Source: a virus. From it: a DNA stretch of 64,000 nucleotides. The stretch covers positions 2,677 through 66,676 of the IMG/VR virus record IMGVR_UViG_3300017971_000041; one strand, given 5' to 3'. The position numbers and the translations under genes were made by a program. Below, in pieces: positions 48,012 through 58,014 of the stretch (within the stretch, counting starts at the first letter, position 1; each line of letters begins with the position of its first letter). The notes beneath the pieces were generated by a model. That model was given only the letters and a program-made list of their open reading frames with translations. It was not told the DNA's origin and made no database searches.

Positions 48012-48302
48012 TTAATTCCAATCATCGACCCAATAGTACGATCCATCATTAATTAACTGGGTAATTAATTTCCCAGACTCCAACAAAGGAACGCCTTGTC
48101 TGGTTGTATGAATAACCAGAGCTACCATACGTGATACAACGACCTTTTGATGGCAACAAATAAAATATCCGGACCTATTTTTAAACATCCCCAGACGTCC
48201 CATGTTTTGATATGAGTATCGATTTCGATCAGATTTGCTACGTCTGTGGTGTCCCTTGGCCTCGGTTAAAAATATTGTCTGCATTAAATCAGCTCGATCC
48301 AC
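48012..48302 (-). CDS. Hypothetical protein
   Basis: GTG start after AGGAG. Confidence 0.5.
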   Translation of the reverse strand: MDRADLMQTIFLTEAKGHHRRSKSDRNRYSYQNMGRLGMFKNRSGYFICCHQKVVVSRMVALVIHTTRQGVPLLESGKLITQLINDGSYYWVDDWN

Positions 48303-48311
48303 AATTCTCTC

Positions 48312-49946
48312 CTAAGATGGTATGTTTTCTTCTTTAGTTTCGTAGTATTTGGGAGACTTTTCAGGAGTCGCAAATTCAACTTCCTCGATTGACCAATAAC
48401 GCCCCCCGACAAATACTTTTATGCGGGCCGGAATTCGTAACTGACTACGGACTTTATACAATTCATCCACGGTGAGTGGCATCTTTTCAAGGCCTCCTGT
48501 GAAACGGAATAGTGTCCAATTTTTAGCTTTGGTTCGTGCATAGCCCTTGTGGTCGAGACAAATGTATTCAGTAACATAATTCAAACGGCATTTATAAATA
48601 ACTTTTAATGAATTTGGTTTTCCTGGTTTTTTATGGATTTTATAAAACACCTTATCTACATTGAGCCATTTTCGTTTCTTAGCTAAATCATTTTGAATGA
48701 TGTCCACGGTGTCTGCTTTAGTTTTGATTTTTTCTTTAAACACGAATTCGTGACCACAAACTGCACAGAAGCGAGTTAGTGTGTGGGTAATGACCATGCA
48801 TTTTGGACATTGTTTTGTTGGGGCTTTCCCTTTTTGTTTTTTACCTTTTGGTTTGGGAACAATCACATTATTAATAGGACCTAGTCGACTCGTGTTACCG
48901 GCAAAGTCAAGGACTAGACAATGGGTTTTCCCAGGGGCCATTCGCAATCCACGGCCGACCATTTGTACATGCAAGACAGCGCTTTTGGTCGGGCGCAATA
49001 GTACAATCAAATCAATGTTGGGGGCGTCAAACCCGGTGGTTACCATACCGACTGAAACTACACATCTGATTTCTTTGTTTTTAAATTGCTGAATGATTTC
49101 ATCACGATCTCCATTTACCTTTGTATGAAGAGCCCGGGATTTAATCCCCAGAGAATTTAACTCAGCTGTAATGTTTTCACAATGTTCGATATTGATAGCA
49201 AAAACCAACCAGGAATGGTAATTCCATTGGCCAATATCGACTGCCTCCTTAACAGCGGCCTTTGTAATCGAGAGCCGGTCGACCTTCTCAGCTAATTGTT
49301 TTTGATTAAAATCCCCAGCTGTGGTTTTCACCCCCGTGGTATCCAACTCATTTTTTGTTGCTCTGGAAATTAAATTGCATAAATAGCCATCAGTAATCAA
49401 TTTATTAAAGCTTTTAGTCGATGATAAATCATATGATAATTTATCGAATATTCGATCTTTGCCTTTATAAATGTATCCTATACCACGGCGGAATACTGTA
49501 GCTGACAATCCGACACATTTCGAATTAATGGCTGTTAAGAATTTTCGATACATTGACGAGCCCTTTGGTGGGATCTGGTGGCATTCGTCAATGATTGTTA
49601 AATCGAATTTCTTAAATTTGCTTGGGTGTCGGTAAACCGATTGAATTCCGGCAACAGTGATTTTTTGGATGTCTCGAATTTTCAGCCCAGAACTGTATAA
49701 ACCAATTGAAATGCCAGGGAAAAATTCACAAATGGCTTCATGGTTCTGGGTTAAAATTTCTTTTGTGGCAGCCAATACGAGAATATTTTTTTGTGGAAAT
49801 TTTTCCAAAAATTCATAGATGAATTGCCCCATTATAACTGTCTTGCCGGCTCCAGTAGGAACTGCTATTACTGGATTGTACTCTTCGACGTCCTGTAACA
49901 GTGCTTTAACTGCTTCTTGTTGATAATCTCGTGGTTCAAATCTCAT
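48312..49946 (-). CDS. SF2 DEAD/H helicase (RadD/YejH-like) with zinc finger
   Basis: Start MRFEPRDYQ. 'PTGAGKT', 'DECH', 'SAT', 'TTGFDAP', 'QMVGRGLR', CxxC...CxxC. Confidence 0.93.
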   Translation of the reverse strand: MRFEPRDYQQEAVKALLQDVEEYNPVIAVPTGAGKTVIMGQFIYEFLEKFPQKNILVLAATKEILTQNHEAICEFFPGISIGLYSSGLKIRDIQKITVAGIQSVYRHPSKFKKFDLTIIDECHQIPPKGSSMYRKFLTAINSKCVGLSATVFRRGIGYIYKGKDRIFDKLSYDLSSTKSFNKLITDGYLCNLISRATKNELDTTGVKTTAGDFNQKQLAEKVDRLSITKAAVKEAVDIGQWNYHSWLVFAINIEHCENITAELNSLGIKSRALHTKVNGDRDEIIQQFKNKEIRCVVSVGMVTTGFDAPNIDLIVLLRPTKSAVLHVQMVGRGLRMAPGKTHCLVLDFAGNTSRLGPINNVIVPKPKGKKQKGKAPTKQCPKCMVITHTLTRFCAVCGHEFVFKEKIKTKADTVDIIQNDLAKKRKWLNVDKVFYKIHKKPGKPNSLKVIYKCRLNYVTEYICLDHKGYARTKAKNWTLFRFTGGLEKMPLTVDELYKVRSQLRIPARIKVFVGGRYWSIEEVEFATPEKSPKYYETKEENIPS

Positions 49947-49990
49947 AGTTTTCCTCCATTGTGTTAGTATATCATGGAGAGTTAACGTTG

Positions 49991-50395
49991 TCAATAGAAA
50001 AGTTTCCCGGTCAATAAAAACAATAACCGATTCCAAAAGCCCAGATTTTTAATTCGCCGGATAGTTTTTTCGAGATCCGCGATTTCTGTAAGGTTCAAAG
50101 CCTCTTTTATTTTTAATGAATCGACTTCATAACTCAATTGACTTAACGAATGGAGGGGAATATTCAACAATTTATGTACTCGTTCAGTAAAACCAATATA
50201 AACAGGCTCCTTCTGTCCAGCAAAATAAAACGGCTGGGGATAGACCTTTTCAACTTGCGTCTTCGGTTTCGTTGACAAATCTGTGATATGGTTTGAAGTC
50301 AAATAGGGAGCTATGGTTTTGGTCAATACTTCGGTTCCAGCCACATTGTGAGTCTCTATTGTTTTGATATCAGTAATTATAATTGCTTTTTTCAT
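49991..50395 (-). CDS. Hypothetical protein
   Basis: 134 aa. Confidence 0.55.
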   Translation of the reverse strand: MKKAIIITDIKTIETHNVAGTEVLTKTIAPYLTSNHITDLSTKPKTQVEKVYPQPFYFAGQKEPVYIGFTERVHKLLNIPLHSLSQLSYEVDSLKIKEALNLTEIADLEKTIRRIKNLGFWNRLLFLLTGKLFY

Positions 50396-50442
50396 AATAC
50401 CCCCGTAATTAATGACGGGATGTTGAGTCCCATCGTTTGGAT

Positions 50443-51213
50443 TTATTTTCTCACAGCAATTTCATTATTGGTAACGGCTTCCGACAATTCGAAAGTATAA
50501 TCATACAGATGCAGGCCCTTCGAGGTTGCAATGATTTGTCCGTTGTCGACTCCGATTTCCGAGGCACAAATTTGCTTTAACATTTCGATTATGGCCAAGT
50601 TTGCTGGAAACCCAGACCATAAATCCCAGGACCGGAAATAAGGAAAGAAATGCAATGCTCCATCCTGAATCCGAGTATCGATATGGCGTAAGCATGGCGG
50701 ATCGACCAAGCTCATGTCCGAAGGTTTGGCAATTTGTAGGACCATTTGGTTGTTTCGAGGCCCAAACGCCTTATACGTCCGAATCATGTAATCGACTTGA
50801 TTTAACAAAACACATGGATTTGATCGTAAAGAGGTGAAAATACCACGGAGGAGGTCGATGTTAGTTTCTCGAACTTCCGTGGTGATATCTTGTGCATATA
50901 AACGGTTTCCATAAGTATATGCTTCGTTGTCATCTATGTCAGGAGTCAAAAGGTATTGGGAATATCCCTCGACATAGCCTTCTTGAACGGGGTCCGGCAG
51001 TCCCAAAACGGGGTTCAGTTGAGGCAACATGGGATTGTCCCACGGACGTCGGATGTGGATAGTTACGAAATCCAGCTCGAGTCGTTTGCTTAAAGCAAAG
51101 GATCCTTTATCAATGTTAAATGTTCGGCCTTCGGTAACAGCAGCATATACTGCTTGGAACCAAGCATCGGAGATTGTTACTGCATCAATTGAAATAGGCT
51201 TAAGTACGTCCAT
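50443..51213 (-). CDS. Thymidylate synthase (dUMP-type)
   Basis: 'YTYG.R', 'DPPCLR', 'FRSWDLWSGFPAN' with Asn at the specificity position, 'LHLY'. Confidence 0.88.
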   Translation of the reverse strand: MDVLKPISIDAVTISDAWFQAVYAAVTEGRTFNIDKGSFALSKRLELDFVTIHIRRPWDNPMLPQLNPVLGLPDPVQEGYVEGYSQYLLTPDIDDNEAYTYGNRLYAQDITTEVRETNIDLLRGIFTSLRSNPCVLLNQVDYMIRTYKAFGPRNNQMVLQIAKPSDMSLVDPPCLRHIDTRIQDGALHFFPYFRSWDLWSGFPANLAIIEMLKQICASEIGVDNGQIIATSKGLHLYDYTFELSEAVTNNEIAVRK

Positions 51214-51656
51214 TATCTTCCTTTCTGGGGCTTGTCAATTGGTCCCTTTTTGCCTTCTGAAATCGGACCATTGTTAAAATCGGGGGCGGCAATTCGGGGG
51301 ACATCCTCAATTTCGATCACCCGGGAAATATCCATCCAGGCCGAGTCAATGAGCTTTCCTTCCCTTGCTTGGGGGGTTACAAGGGCCTGGATACATCCCG
51401 ATAAATCAAATGAGATCGAGGTAACGATTCCCCTAAAACCAGTTACTTTATCTCGTACGGGCTTACCCAACATGGATATATGAGTCATGGTGTTCTCCTT
51501 TCGTATGGTAAATTGATTTTCGTTCAGCCAACTATGGAATTCTTTAGCTGTGTAATAACATTTGTCTGGGTCTCGAATGCACAGATGTCCTTCATCGTAC
51601 TCGATCAGGGCCTGGCATTTGACGTCTTTACAAAATTCGTATTTTTGATATCTCAT
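51213..51656 (-). CDS. Hypothetical protein; may be two genes (internal RBS and ATG at 51488)
   Basis: Cys-rich N-half; C-half 'LG..VRD.VTGF.G.V......GC' common in phage proteins. Confidence 0.6.
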   Translation of the reverse strand: MRYQKYEFCKDVKCQALIEYDEGHLCIRDPDKCYYTAKEFHSWLNENQFTIRKENTMTHISMLGKPVRDKVTGFRGIVTSISFDLSGCIQALVTPQAREGKLIDSAWMDISRVIEIEDVPRIAAPDFNNGPISEGKKGPIDKPQKGR

Positions 51657-51664
51657 GTCAACCT

Positions 51665-52192
51665 CTAAAATATTATTTGTTTCATGAACGAAACGGTTCC
51701 TTGGCGTAGATTTCCACGTTCGGGGCGATTCGTGAAAATATAGTCATAATCGAATTCCATTGACAGAATGTCAGCCGTGCAGTCTGGTACCGGTTTATTC
51801 GGATCCCGGACGAGTACGGTTATAAAATCGACTGGACACTTTTGTCGAAGTTTATTGATTTCCTTCGGCTCCCGGACATGTACAAATAAAACGAATGGTT
51901 GTCCGAGGTTCCTGCAAGCCCGGATTTGTTGAAGAGTCTCCTTCAACGGGAAATCACAGTAGTCGATGGAAAGCCACTTCAATGTTTGCCAATGGTTCCT
52001 CAATTCGTCCGTCTTGCCTTCGTCGCCTTCTTTGATTCCGACCATTGCACAAGCTTTTTTAATTGTATCAATGGTCGAATAATTAAAAGACCAAACCCCG
52101 TGGCGGTCCAATAGCTTGCGCAGTTCCTCAACAAAGGTGTCCTTTCCGTGGCCACCTGGGCCATTTACAACAATAACTTTTTGGATTTCCAT
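51665..52192 (-). CDS. P-loop dNMP-kinase-like protein
   Basis: 'VNGPGGHGKDTF', 'FVHVREP.EI', 'YDYIF.N'. Confidence 0.75.
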   Translation of the reverse strand: MEIQKVIVVNGPGGHGKDTFVEELRKLLDRHGVWSFNYSTIDTIKKACAMVGIKEGDEGKTDELRNHWQTLKWLSIDYCDFPLKETLQQIRACRNLGQPFVLFVHVREPKEINKLRQKCPVDFITVLVRDPNKPVPDCTADILSMEFDYDYIFTNRPERGNLRQGTVSFMKQIIF

Positions 52193-52194
52193 GT

Positions 52195-53031
52195 TTACCT
52201 TTTGTATTCGTGTTTAATGGATTTTAACAATTTATAATGTTGACACCCCAGACGTTGTTGATCGGTTACGAGCTGTAAGTCATCGTAATAGGAGCACTTC
52301 CATCGACCCTCAGGATGTAAGTCCAGATAATCACAGGTGCGACAATTACGCTCCACATGAGCATTACCGTGGCAAATTGCATTAGCATCGCAAAATCGGC
52401 ACTCAAACCATGTAGGTTTGAATTTTTTGGGCGGCGGGTCCTCAGATAAAATGATTCGTTCAGCTTTTCGCTCCAGATCCTGAGCATATCCCTTGTCAAG
52501 TTTCACCCGTTCGAAGTACATGGCATCTGTATTTTTATTGACTGCGATGAACATGGCGCGGGTCAATTTCAATTTATACATGTAAATTTGCATTTGGGCA
52601 TAATAAACAGGCTTTGAAACTTTGACACTGCGGGTCTTTGAAATCTCTTTAAAATACTTATCACTCATGGTTTTGTATTCCATAAGGTGTACAGTTTTGG
52701 GAGCTTCAACAATGCCCAGACCCTTGCCATCACAATGACCTTTACAATGCCCAAATCCCAAAACAACTTCAGCTTGGTCATCAAATGTCTGGATTCCGAT
52801 TTTTGCGAGTTCAGCTTCAATCGCCGGCTCTTCGCGGTGTCCACGGTTGAAGAGACGTTTCAGACGTGCGGGAATTTCTCGATTGTAGCACCAACGAAAC
52901 GAATACCAAAGATACCGGTCACATGAATGGCCCAATTTCGAACAGCCCAGATAGGGCCTCAGTTCCCCTGGCTCAGTTAGTTCCTCAATTTTTGCAGCTG
53001 TCGTGTTTTTAAATTTTGTTAATTGTACCAC
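52195..53031 (-). CDS. Cas4-like PD-(D/E)xK nuclease
   Basis: 'YLGCS.LGH.C.R.LWY.FRW', 'GHCDG', 'EYKT', 'YYAQMQ.YM', C-terminal CxxC...C cluster. Confidence 0.85.
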   Translation of the reverse strand: MVQLTKFKNTTAAKIEELTEPGELRPYLGCSKLGHSCDRYLWYSFRWCYNREIPARLKRLFNRGHREEPAIEAELAKIGIQTFDDQAEVVLGFGHCKGHCDGKGLGIVEAPKTVHLMEYKTMSDKYFKEISKTRSVKVSKPVYYAQMQIYMYKLKLTRAMFIAVNKNTDAMYFERVKLDKGYAQDLERKAERIILSEDPPPKKFKPTWFECRFCDANAICHGNAHVERNCRTCDYLDLHPEGRWKCSYYDDLQLVTDQQRLGCQHYKLLKSIKHEYKR

Positions 53032-53033
53032 AA

Positions 53034-53279
53034 TTACCCCCTTAAGCGTTTAATAAATTGCAATATTTCATCCTCGGCTCGGGTATATACTTCAGCCATT
53101 ACCGAATTTGAAACATTCTTTTCTTGAAAATTATAAATCAAATCATATAAAATCCCCCTATATCCAAAATAAAACGTTATGCTAATAGTGCCGGGAAATG
53201 TATCACGTTGGATAAAAAGCTTCAAATGAAGGTCATGTTCGTGCTTCATTTTTTCCATAAATTCAAACATTTGTTTCAT
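53034..53279 (-). CDS. Hypothetical protein
   Basis: Likely start MKQMF after GGAGG. Confidence 0.5.
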   Translation of the reverse strand: MKQMFEFMEKMKHEHDLHLKLFIQRDTFPGTISITFYFGYRGILYDLIYNFQEKNVSNSVMAEVYTRAEDEILQFIKRLRG

Positions 53280-53835
53280 TGTCAAAGGCCTCCAAAGTTT
53301 GGAATATTGATTGTATAATTGTCTCAATGATCGGGATTTGACACATTGTTTTTTCATAATCCGAATCATTATCGATGAAAAACGGCTCCAAAATTATACA
53401 AGGGGCCTTCGTATATTTCAACAAAAACCCACCCCGATCTTCACACGTCCGTGGTTTAGTACCACGGTTGGGGAGTTTGAGGATCTTGACGAGGTTGTTT
53501 TGGAATATTTGTGCGGCTACTTGGCCCAGTCTGGATTTGTGGTAGTACAGAGTTTCGGTGCCTGAGGCCTTAGTATTGAAAGCGTTACAGTGAAAGCTAA
53601 TGATTAATACTGGATCGTAGTAATTGATGTCTGCAGGGAGGTTGGCATACCCATCCCTGAAAATTTCAATCGGAGCGATGGGTAAATTATCATAAATTAT
53701 TCGGTTGACGATTCGGTGAACCAATAAATTATTGTAGGCATACTCGGTCATAAAATAATTCTCGTTAATAGCTCCTTTAGATTGCGCGGAATGTCCAATT
53801 ACTAAAGCAACTTTCGGTCGACATATATTTCCCAT
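53263..53835 (-). CDS. N-acetylmuramoyl-L-alanine amidase (Amidase_3), probable endolysin
   Basis: 'GH....GA....E', 'SFHCNA...ASGTE', 'RG.K', 'P.IILEPFFIDN..D'. Confidence 0.88.
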   Translation of the reverse strand: MGNICRPKVALVIGHSAQSKGAINENYFMTEYAYNNLLVHRIVNRIIYDNLPIAPIEIFRDGYANLPADINYYDPVLIISFHCNAFNTKASGTETLYYHKSRLGQVAAQIFQNNLVKILKLPNRGTKPRTCEDRGGFLLKYTKAPCIILEPFFIDNDSDYEKTMCQIPIIETIIQSIFQTLEAFDNETNV

Positions 53836-53910
53836 TTCTGTCTCCTTAAAGGTCACGAGATTAAATAATTTCGTGAACGTCAACACAATCATGCATTGAC
53901 GTTCATAAAA

Positions 53911-54129
53911 TCATTTAATTCGTTCTGGGTTCAAATCACGAATCTTAAGTTGAGTTGCTCCGTCATATTCTTGACCAACGATTGTTCCGATCTCGTCATA
54001 ACATCGGGGACAAAGTAATCCCCAAGGACCGTGGACAGTTAGAGTATCGAAGAACGATTTTTCTTTATTCAAATTACATTTGCAGATATCACATGTCGGA
54101 TTTTTTCGTAACCATTTTTTCGGACCCAT
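53911..54129 (-). CDS. Small zinc-binding protein
   Basis: 'CDIC', 'GPWG.LCPRC', 'GQ.Y'. Confidence 0.7.
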   Translation of the reverse strand: MGPKKWLRKNPTCDICKCNLNKEKSFFDTLTVHGPWGLLCPRCYDEIGTIVGQEYDGATQLKIRDLNPERIK

Positions 54130-54200
54130 TAATTTTCTCCTTTGTTGTTATTGTTAATGTTAATCATGTTATTGCACAAAAGAGATTTCCGAGTCAACAG

Positions 54201-54500
54201 TTATTTTTCGAAATTACTACCGACAGTTCGGTATATGTAGCATGGTTCGATGTTTTGAAACATGTTATCAACTACAGATTTCCATTGACCTTGACAGTGT
54301 TGTGGCATCCGTTCTGATATTGAGGCAATGATCTCGTACCATTTCCGCATAGCATAACAGGTGCCAATGGTATCTTCACTGAATAAATTGGCAACAGCAA
54401 TTAAACGACCTTGTGGGATCCCAGCCCGTTTAGTTTCCTGGCTGATGAATAGGCGGATCGATTTATAAAGCTCTGGATTTTTTCGGAATTTGTATAGCAT
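54201..54500 (-). CDS. Hypothetical protein
   Basis: 99 aa with AGGA RBS. Confidence 0.55.
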   Translation of the reverse strand: MLYKFRKNPELYKSIRLFISQETKRAGIPQGRLIAVANLFSEDTIGTCYAMRKWYEIIASISERMPQHCQGQWKSVVDNMFQNIEPCYIYRTVGSNFEK

Positions 54501-54550
54501 ATATGTCCTATGGAAAGGCGAGGACGCTAGCCCCCGCCTTTAATACAATG

Positions 54551-55048
54551 TTATTTTTTCATCCACGGTGGGGTTTTTGACTTGCCCTCGGCAGCTGTAG
54601 AAGGTCCGGCAGCCGTCGTGCTTTCGTCGCCCGGTTGGTAGTCGCCGGTATATTTCCCGTATAAGGTGATTTTATTCGATTCCGGATAAGCGGCCGTGGC
54701 TTTTGTTTTTCCGACCTTCAGGCTCATCGGGATCCCATGCAATTCTTCGGAGTCCTCGACTGCGACTTTTTCACAGGCCTGGCAAATGGAATTCATGGTT
54801 TTGTTGGCAATTTGCACGGCGACCGGGTTCGGATTGTCGAGATTGAGCTTGTCGAACAGGATTCGGCCTTTATACTTGCCATCAATAATACGAATCTGGA
54901 GATCCAGATATGATCCGTCGCCGGCTTTCGTCTTTTTCATCTGTGATTTGACAATCATGCCAGCATAGTCTCCTACTGGGATTGCCGAGTAGTCATTCAT
55001 GCCTTCATTATTGTTTTCGGTATTTGCGGGGGTAAACAGTCTTGCCAT
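54551..55048 (-). CDS. DUF669-like ssDNA-binding protein
   Basis: 'IP.G.Y...I', 'YKGR..FD.LNL', 'AVQIA', 'DSEELH..P', C-terminal 'PPW'. Confidence 0.82.
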   Translation of the reverse strand: MARLFTPANTENNNEGMNDYSAIPVGDYAGMIVKSQMKKTKAGDGSYLDLQIRIIDGKYKGRILFDKLNLDNPNPVAVQIANKTMNSICQACEKVAVEDSEELHGIPMSLKVGKTKATAAYPESNKITLYGKYTGDYQPGDESTTAAGPSTAAEGKSKTPPWMKK

Positions 55049-55354
55049 GGTATCCTCCTATAAAAATGTTAGGGTTAGTCCCAGTTTCAAATATAAAAGT
55101 ATGAAAAAAGTCAAAACTACTAAAAATATAATTTCTTCTTCAGTCCACATTATTGATGGCCTCATATATGTTTACTATGGGGCAATTCATGTTAATTAAT
55201 CGATCTTCGTTGATTGTTTCTGGATGCCGCCTTGTTTGTTCAAAGACGGGGAAGGGGGTGGTAATCCCTTCTCCTGTCCCAATGTTCAGTTCGTGACATT
55301 GTGAGTCCATAAAATCCAGTTACTACGTCATGAACTGTTTCCCCGATTTGGAAT

Positions 55355-56149
55355 TTATACTTTTTCTTCCGTTTCATCGGTTTCCTCAATTGTTTCTTTT
55401 TCTTCTCCCGGGAGTGGTGCGTCTGAAGTCGGTTCGGTTTTGCGGCGTTCTTCATTTTCGGCCCTAACTTTCGGCCCAGTCAGAATTTTTTCAAAAATAG
55501 CGGTCAAGTTCGGGGGCTCGATCTCGGCCAATTTGCCGGATCGGTCTTTCCCATCATAACGTAAATCCGCATAAGTTTGCAGGTACCGGTAAACCGTCCC
55601 GTCTTCGGTTTTCCCAAGACGCAGCGGGAAAACCTCGTCGAAGAAGAAGGGCAAGCCGTTAAGCAACTGTTTACCAGGCATGCTCGGCTTATATGACGTA
55701 ACGCCGGAAGCTTCATCGGTGAAAGTAACCTGTTTGGCTGAGAAATAAACATTTTTCCCGTGCAAATCTCTGAAAGCACGAATCATGCCAGACATGGTAT
55801 CAGCCAGTCGGCCATATGCCTGGCGGGGATCGCGTTCTTCTCCCTTAAATTGGGATAACATAACTTCAGCGATTTCTGTAACCGAGTCCAAGCATAACGT
55901 GTAGTATTGTTTGGCTTCGTCGGATCGCTTTGCCCACTCGTAGATTTCGAACACGTCATCCACGGATTTGACTTCGATATACGGGATGTTTTTGTCCTGC
56001 AGAGACAGCAATCCAGATTCTGCGGAAATGATGATTGGTCCGGGGGCGGATGATGCCAGCACCGTTTTTCCGTAGCCGGCGGGCGAAAATACCAGACACT
56101 TGACTCCATTTAGGCCATAATCCTTAGTCGTTTGGATTTTTATTGCCAT
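55355..56149 (-). CDS. AAA_24/Sak4-like phage ATPase
   Basis: Start MAIKI. 'PAGYGKT', 'SAESGLLSL', 'DSVTEIAE', 'DPRQAYG', 'KDRSGKL'. Confidence 0.88.
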   Translation of the reverse strand: MAIKIQTTKDYGLNGVKCLVFSPAGYGKTVLASSAPGPIIISAESGLLSLQDKNIPYIEVKSVDDVFEIYEWAKRSDEAKQYYTLCLDSVTEIAEVMLSQFKGEERDPRQAYGRLADTMSGMIRAFRDLHGKNVYFSAKQVTFTDEASGVTSYKPSMPGKQLLNGLPFFFDEVFPLRLGKTEDGTVYRYLQTYADLRYDGKDRSGKLAEIEPPNLTAIFEKILTGPKVRAENEERRKTEPTSDAPLPGEEKETIEETDETEEKV

Positions 56150-56319
56150 TCTTGATTTCCTCCAATTGGTCTTCGAGTTCTTGACATATTTCAATAATCC
56201 AGGTGCGGGTCGCACAATCAAGGTTACCAAAATGGTGATTGTAATTGTACTCTCTCTGGATTTTACGATTGATTTTATGAAATATTTTTTTACCCATTTT
56301 CTATACCATTGATAGATAT

Positions 56320-56847
56320 TTACTGTTTTTCAGCAACCATTTGCTCGATCAGGTCCAGGCGGCTGTTGAGGTTTTCGAACTGACTGAACAGCTTTCTGAT
56401 GGCTTTTAAGGCGGTATTTCGTGCTTTCGCCGGGTCATTATCGAAATCCATTCTCAAGTATTTGTCATATTCCGACTCGTGGTTTTTCGCCGACTCTACT
56501 TTTTCCCTGCGTTTTTTGGCAACCTCAGCGGCGTCCCTCATTGCTTTCGAAACCTCTTTCATAGCAGCAGTGATCCCAAACGGGTCGAGGTTGTCAAAGC
56601 CAACATTCGTCACGGGGACCGTTTCGCCACAAGTACACCTTTCGATTTTCGAGTTTTTTCCTTCAATCGGCGCCTTGCTGGGAATCGCATCCAGGCTGAT
56701 CTCAATGGTACATTTTTCCTCGGACTCAAAAACCTTGCGACAAGTCACGCGGAGTTCGTCAATTCCCCCGTCAATGAAGAGAGGCTTAACAATTTCATTA
56801 ATTTTGTCGGATAATTCACCCATTTGTTGTTCAATTTTTGCGCTCAT
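56320..56847 (-). CDS. Hypothetical protein
   Basis: RBS AAGGAG. Confidence 0.65.
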   Translation of the reverse strand: MSAKIEQQMGELSDKINEIVKPLFIDGGIDELRVTCRKVFESEEKCTIEISLDAIPSKAPIEGKNSKIERCTCGETVPVTNVGFDNLDPFGITAAMKEVSKAMRDAAEVAKKRREKVESAKNHESEYDKYLRMDFDNDPAKARNTALKAIRKLFSQFENLNSRLDLIEQMVAEKQ

Positions 56848-56881
56848 GATTGCTCCTTTTGTGTTAGTTGGGGGTTATGGA

Positions 56882-57271
56882 TTAAACCTTGATTTTGAGA
56901 GTTGGCATGCCAGGTTTTTCGGTAATCGCCTGCATAAGCAAACAATCGTCCGGCAATTGATTGAAAAATTTAGCCACGAGTTTGGGTTTGAAAGTCAACG
57001 CCTGGTGTTCTGAGTCGGACAGTTCTTTGTAGATGGAAGACAGGACGGCTTCGTCGATGGATTGGTTAATTTTCTTTGTAGCCGTTACTTTCAAGCCAGA
57101 GGAGGACGTGATGGTAGCTGTTTTAAAGTCGGGATCGCCGGTGATGGCTTCGTGCTTTTCGAAAATCTCCTCGCACAATTCCCGACGCATGGTTGCTTCT
57201 TTTTGTTTCAGGATTTTGAATTTTTGGTACAATTCATGCCATTCGAGATATTTGTCTTTGGTTTCATTCAT
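56882..57271 (-). CDS. Hypothetical protein of the phage recombination module
   Basis: RBS AAGGAGG; 'E..MR..LC', 'KP.L....F..L', 'IT.KPG.PTL'. Confidence 0.7.
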   Translation of the reverse strand: MNETKDKYLEWHELYQKFKILKQKEATMRRELCEEIFEKHEAITGDPDFKTATITSSSGLKVTATKKINQSIDEAVLSSIYKELSDSEHQALTFKPKLVAKFFNQLPDDCLLMQAITEKPGMPTLKIKV

Positions 57272-57345
57272 TCGTTTTCCTCCTTATTAAAATTTTGTTT
57301 TCTGGAGTCTCCGGGACAATCAATTTCTGTCTGGGAAAGTCATCT

Positions 57346-57419
57346 TGGTCGGGGGAGGGAGATTCGAACTCCCAACCAAGGCTCCCAAAGCCCTTATGTT
57401 ACCATTACAGCATCCCCCG
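57346..57419 (-). tRNA. tRNA-Pro(UGG) with encoded CCA
   Basis: CGGGGGA/TCCCCCG acceptor stem, AGGGC-TTTGGGA-GCCTT anticodon arm, GGGAG-TTCGAAT-CTCCC T arm, ACCA end. Promoter at 57467-57495. Confidence 0.92.
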
Positions 57420-57503
57420 ATTTTTATTATTCCTTTGACCATTCATTCAGTCATTTGAATAATTAATTTATATACTATTCAAAACGTTATGTCAACATTT
57501 ATT

Positions 57504-57743
57504 TTAACAATGAGGACACTCTGGGCGATCACATCGCAGACACCACGGTGAGGTAATGGGCTCGGGACAATATGTCCTGACCAAGGATCCCATCGTTTCC
57601 TCAAATGAGGCATGCCAGCTGCCTTCGGTATCCTGCCAGATAATCGTGAATTGCGAAGAGATCAATTTATTGCGGGCATTAGCTATCATGGTAGCTTGTT
57701 CTTTCGTACATTTCATCGGTTTGGGTCTATCGAGACAAGACAT
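57504..57743 (-). CDS. Hypothetical protein with Cys-rich C-terminus
   Basis: 79 aa. Confidence 0.55.
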   Translation of the reverse strand: MSCLDRPKPMKCTKEQATMIANARNKLISSQFTIIWQDTEGSWHASFEETMGSLVRTYCPEPITSPWCLRCDRPECPHC

Positions 57744-57744
57744 T

Positions 57745-58014
57745 TTACCCCCTTTTTTGATTTAAAAATTCTTTACGAGCTATACATTCTTCATTGAAAG
57801 CAATTTCAGTCATACATTTTTTGATAAGACCAGATCGATAGGTAACCGTCATTGTCAAAACGTCTTGTTTGAACGGCCCTTCTGGTAATAATTCAGCATG
57901 AAGCAAATTTTGTACATGAGTTTTCGTATGTTTTATTGTTAATCGAAAAGCTTCGATATCGATCCCTTGTAATATTTGGGAATCAGTATATTCTCCGGTC
58001 AGTATTGGTTGCAT
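57745..58014 (-). CDS. Hypothetical protein
   Basis: Promoter at 58044-58072; AAAGGA RBS. Confidence 0.65.
   Translation of the reverse strand: MQPILTGEYTDSQILQGIDIEAFRLTIKHTKTHVQNLLHAELLPEGPFKQDVLTMTVTYRSGLIKKCMTEIAFNEECIARKEFLNQKRG

Noticed and set aside
52195-53031. Cas4 as evidence of a CRISPR-Cas system
   Set aside because: Stand-alone Cas4-like nucleases are ordinary members of phage recombination modules with AAA ATPase and SSB genes.
57346-57419. tRNA as a prophage attachment site
   Set aside because: It is flanked on both sides by phage genes; no integrase or duplicated 3' end was seen.
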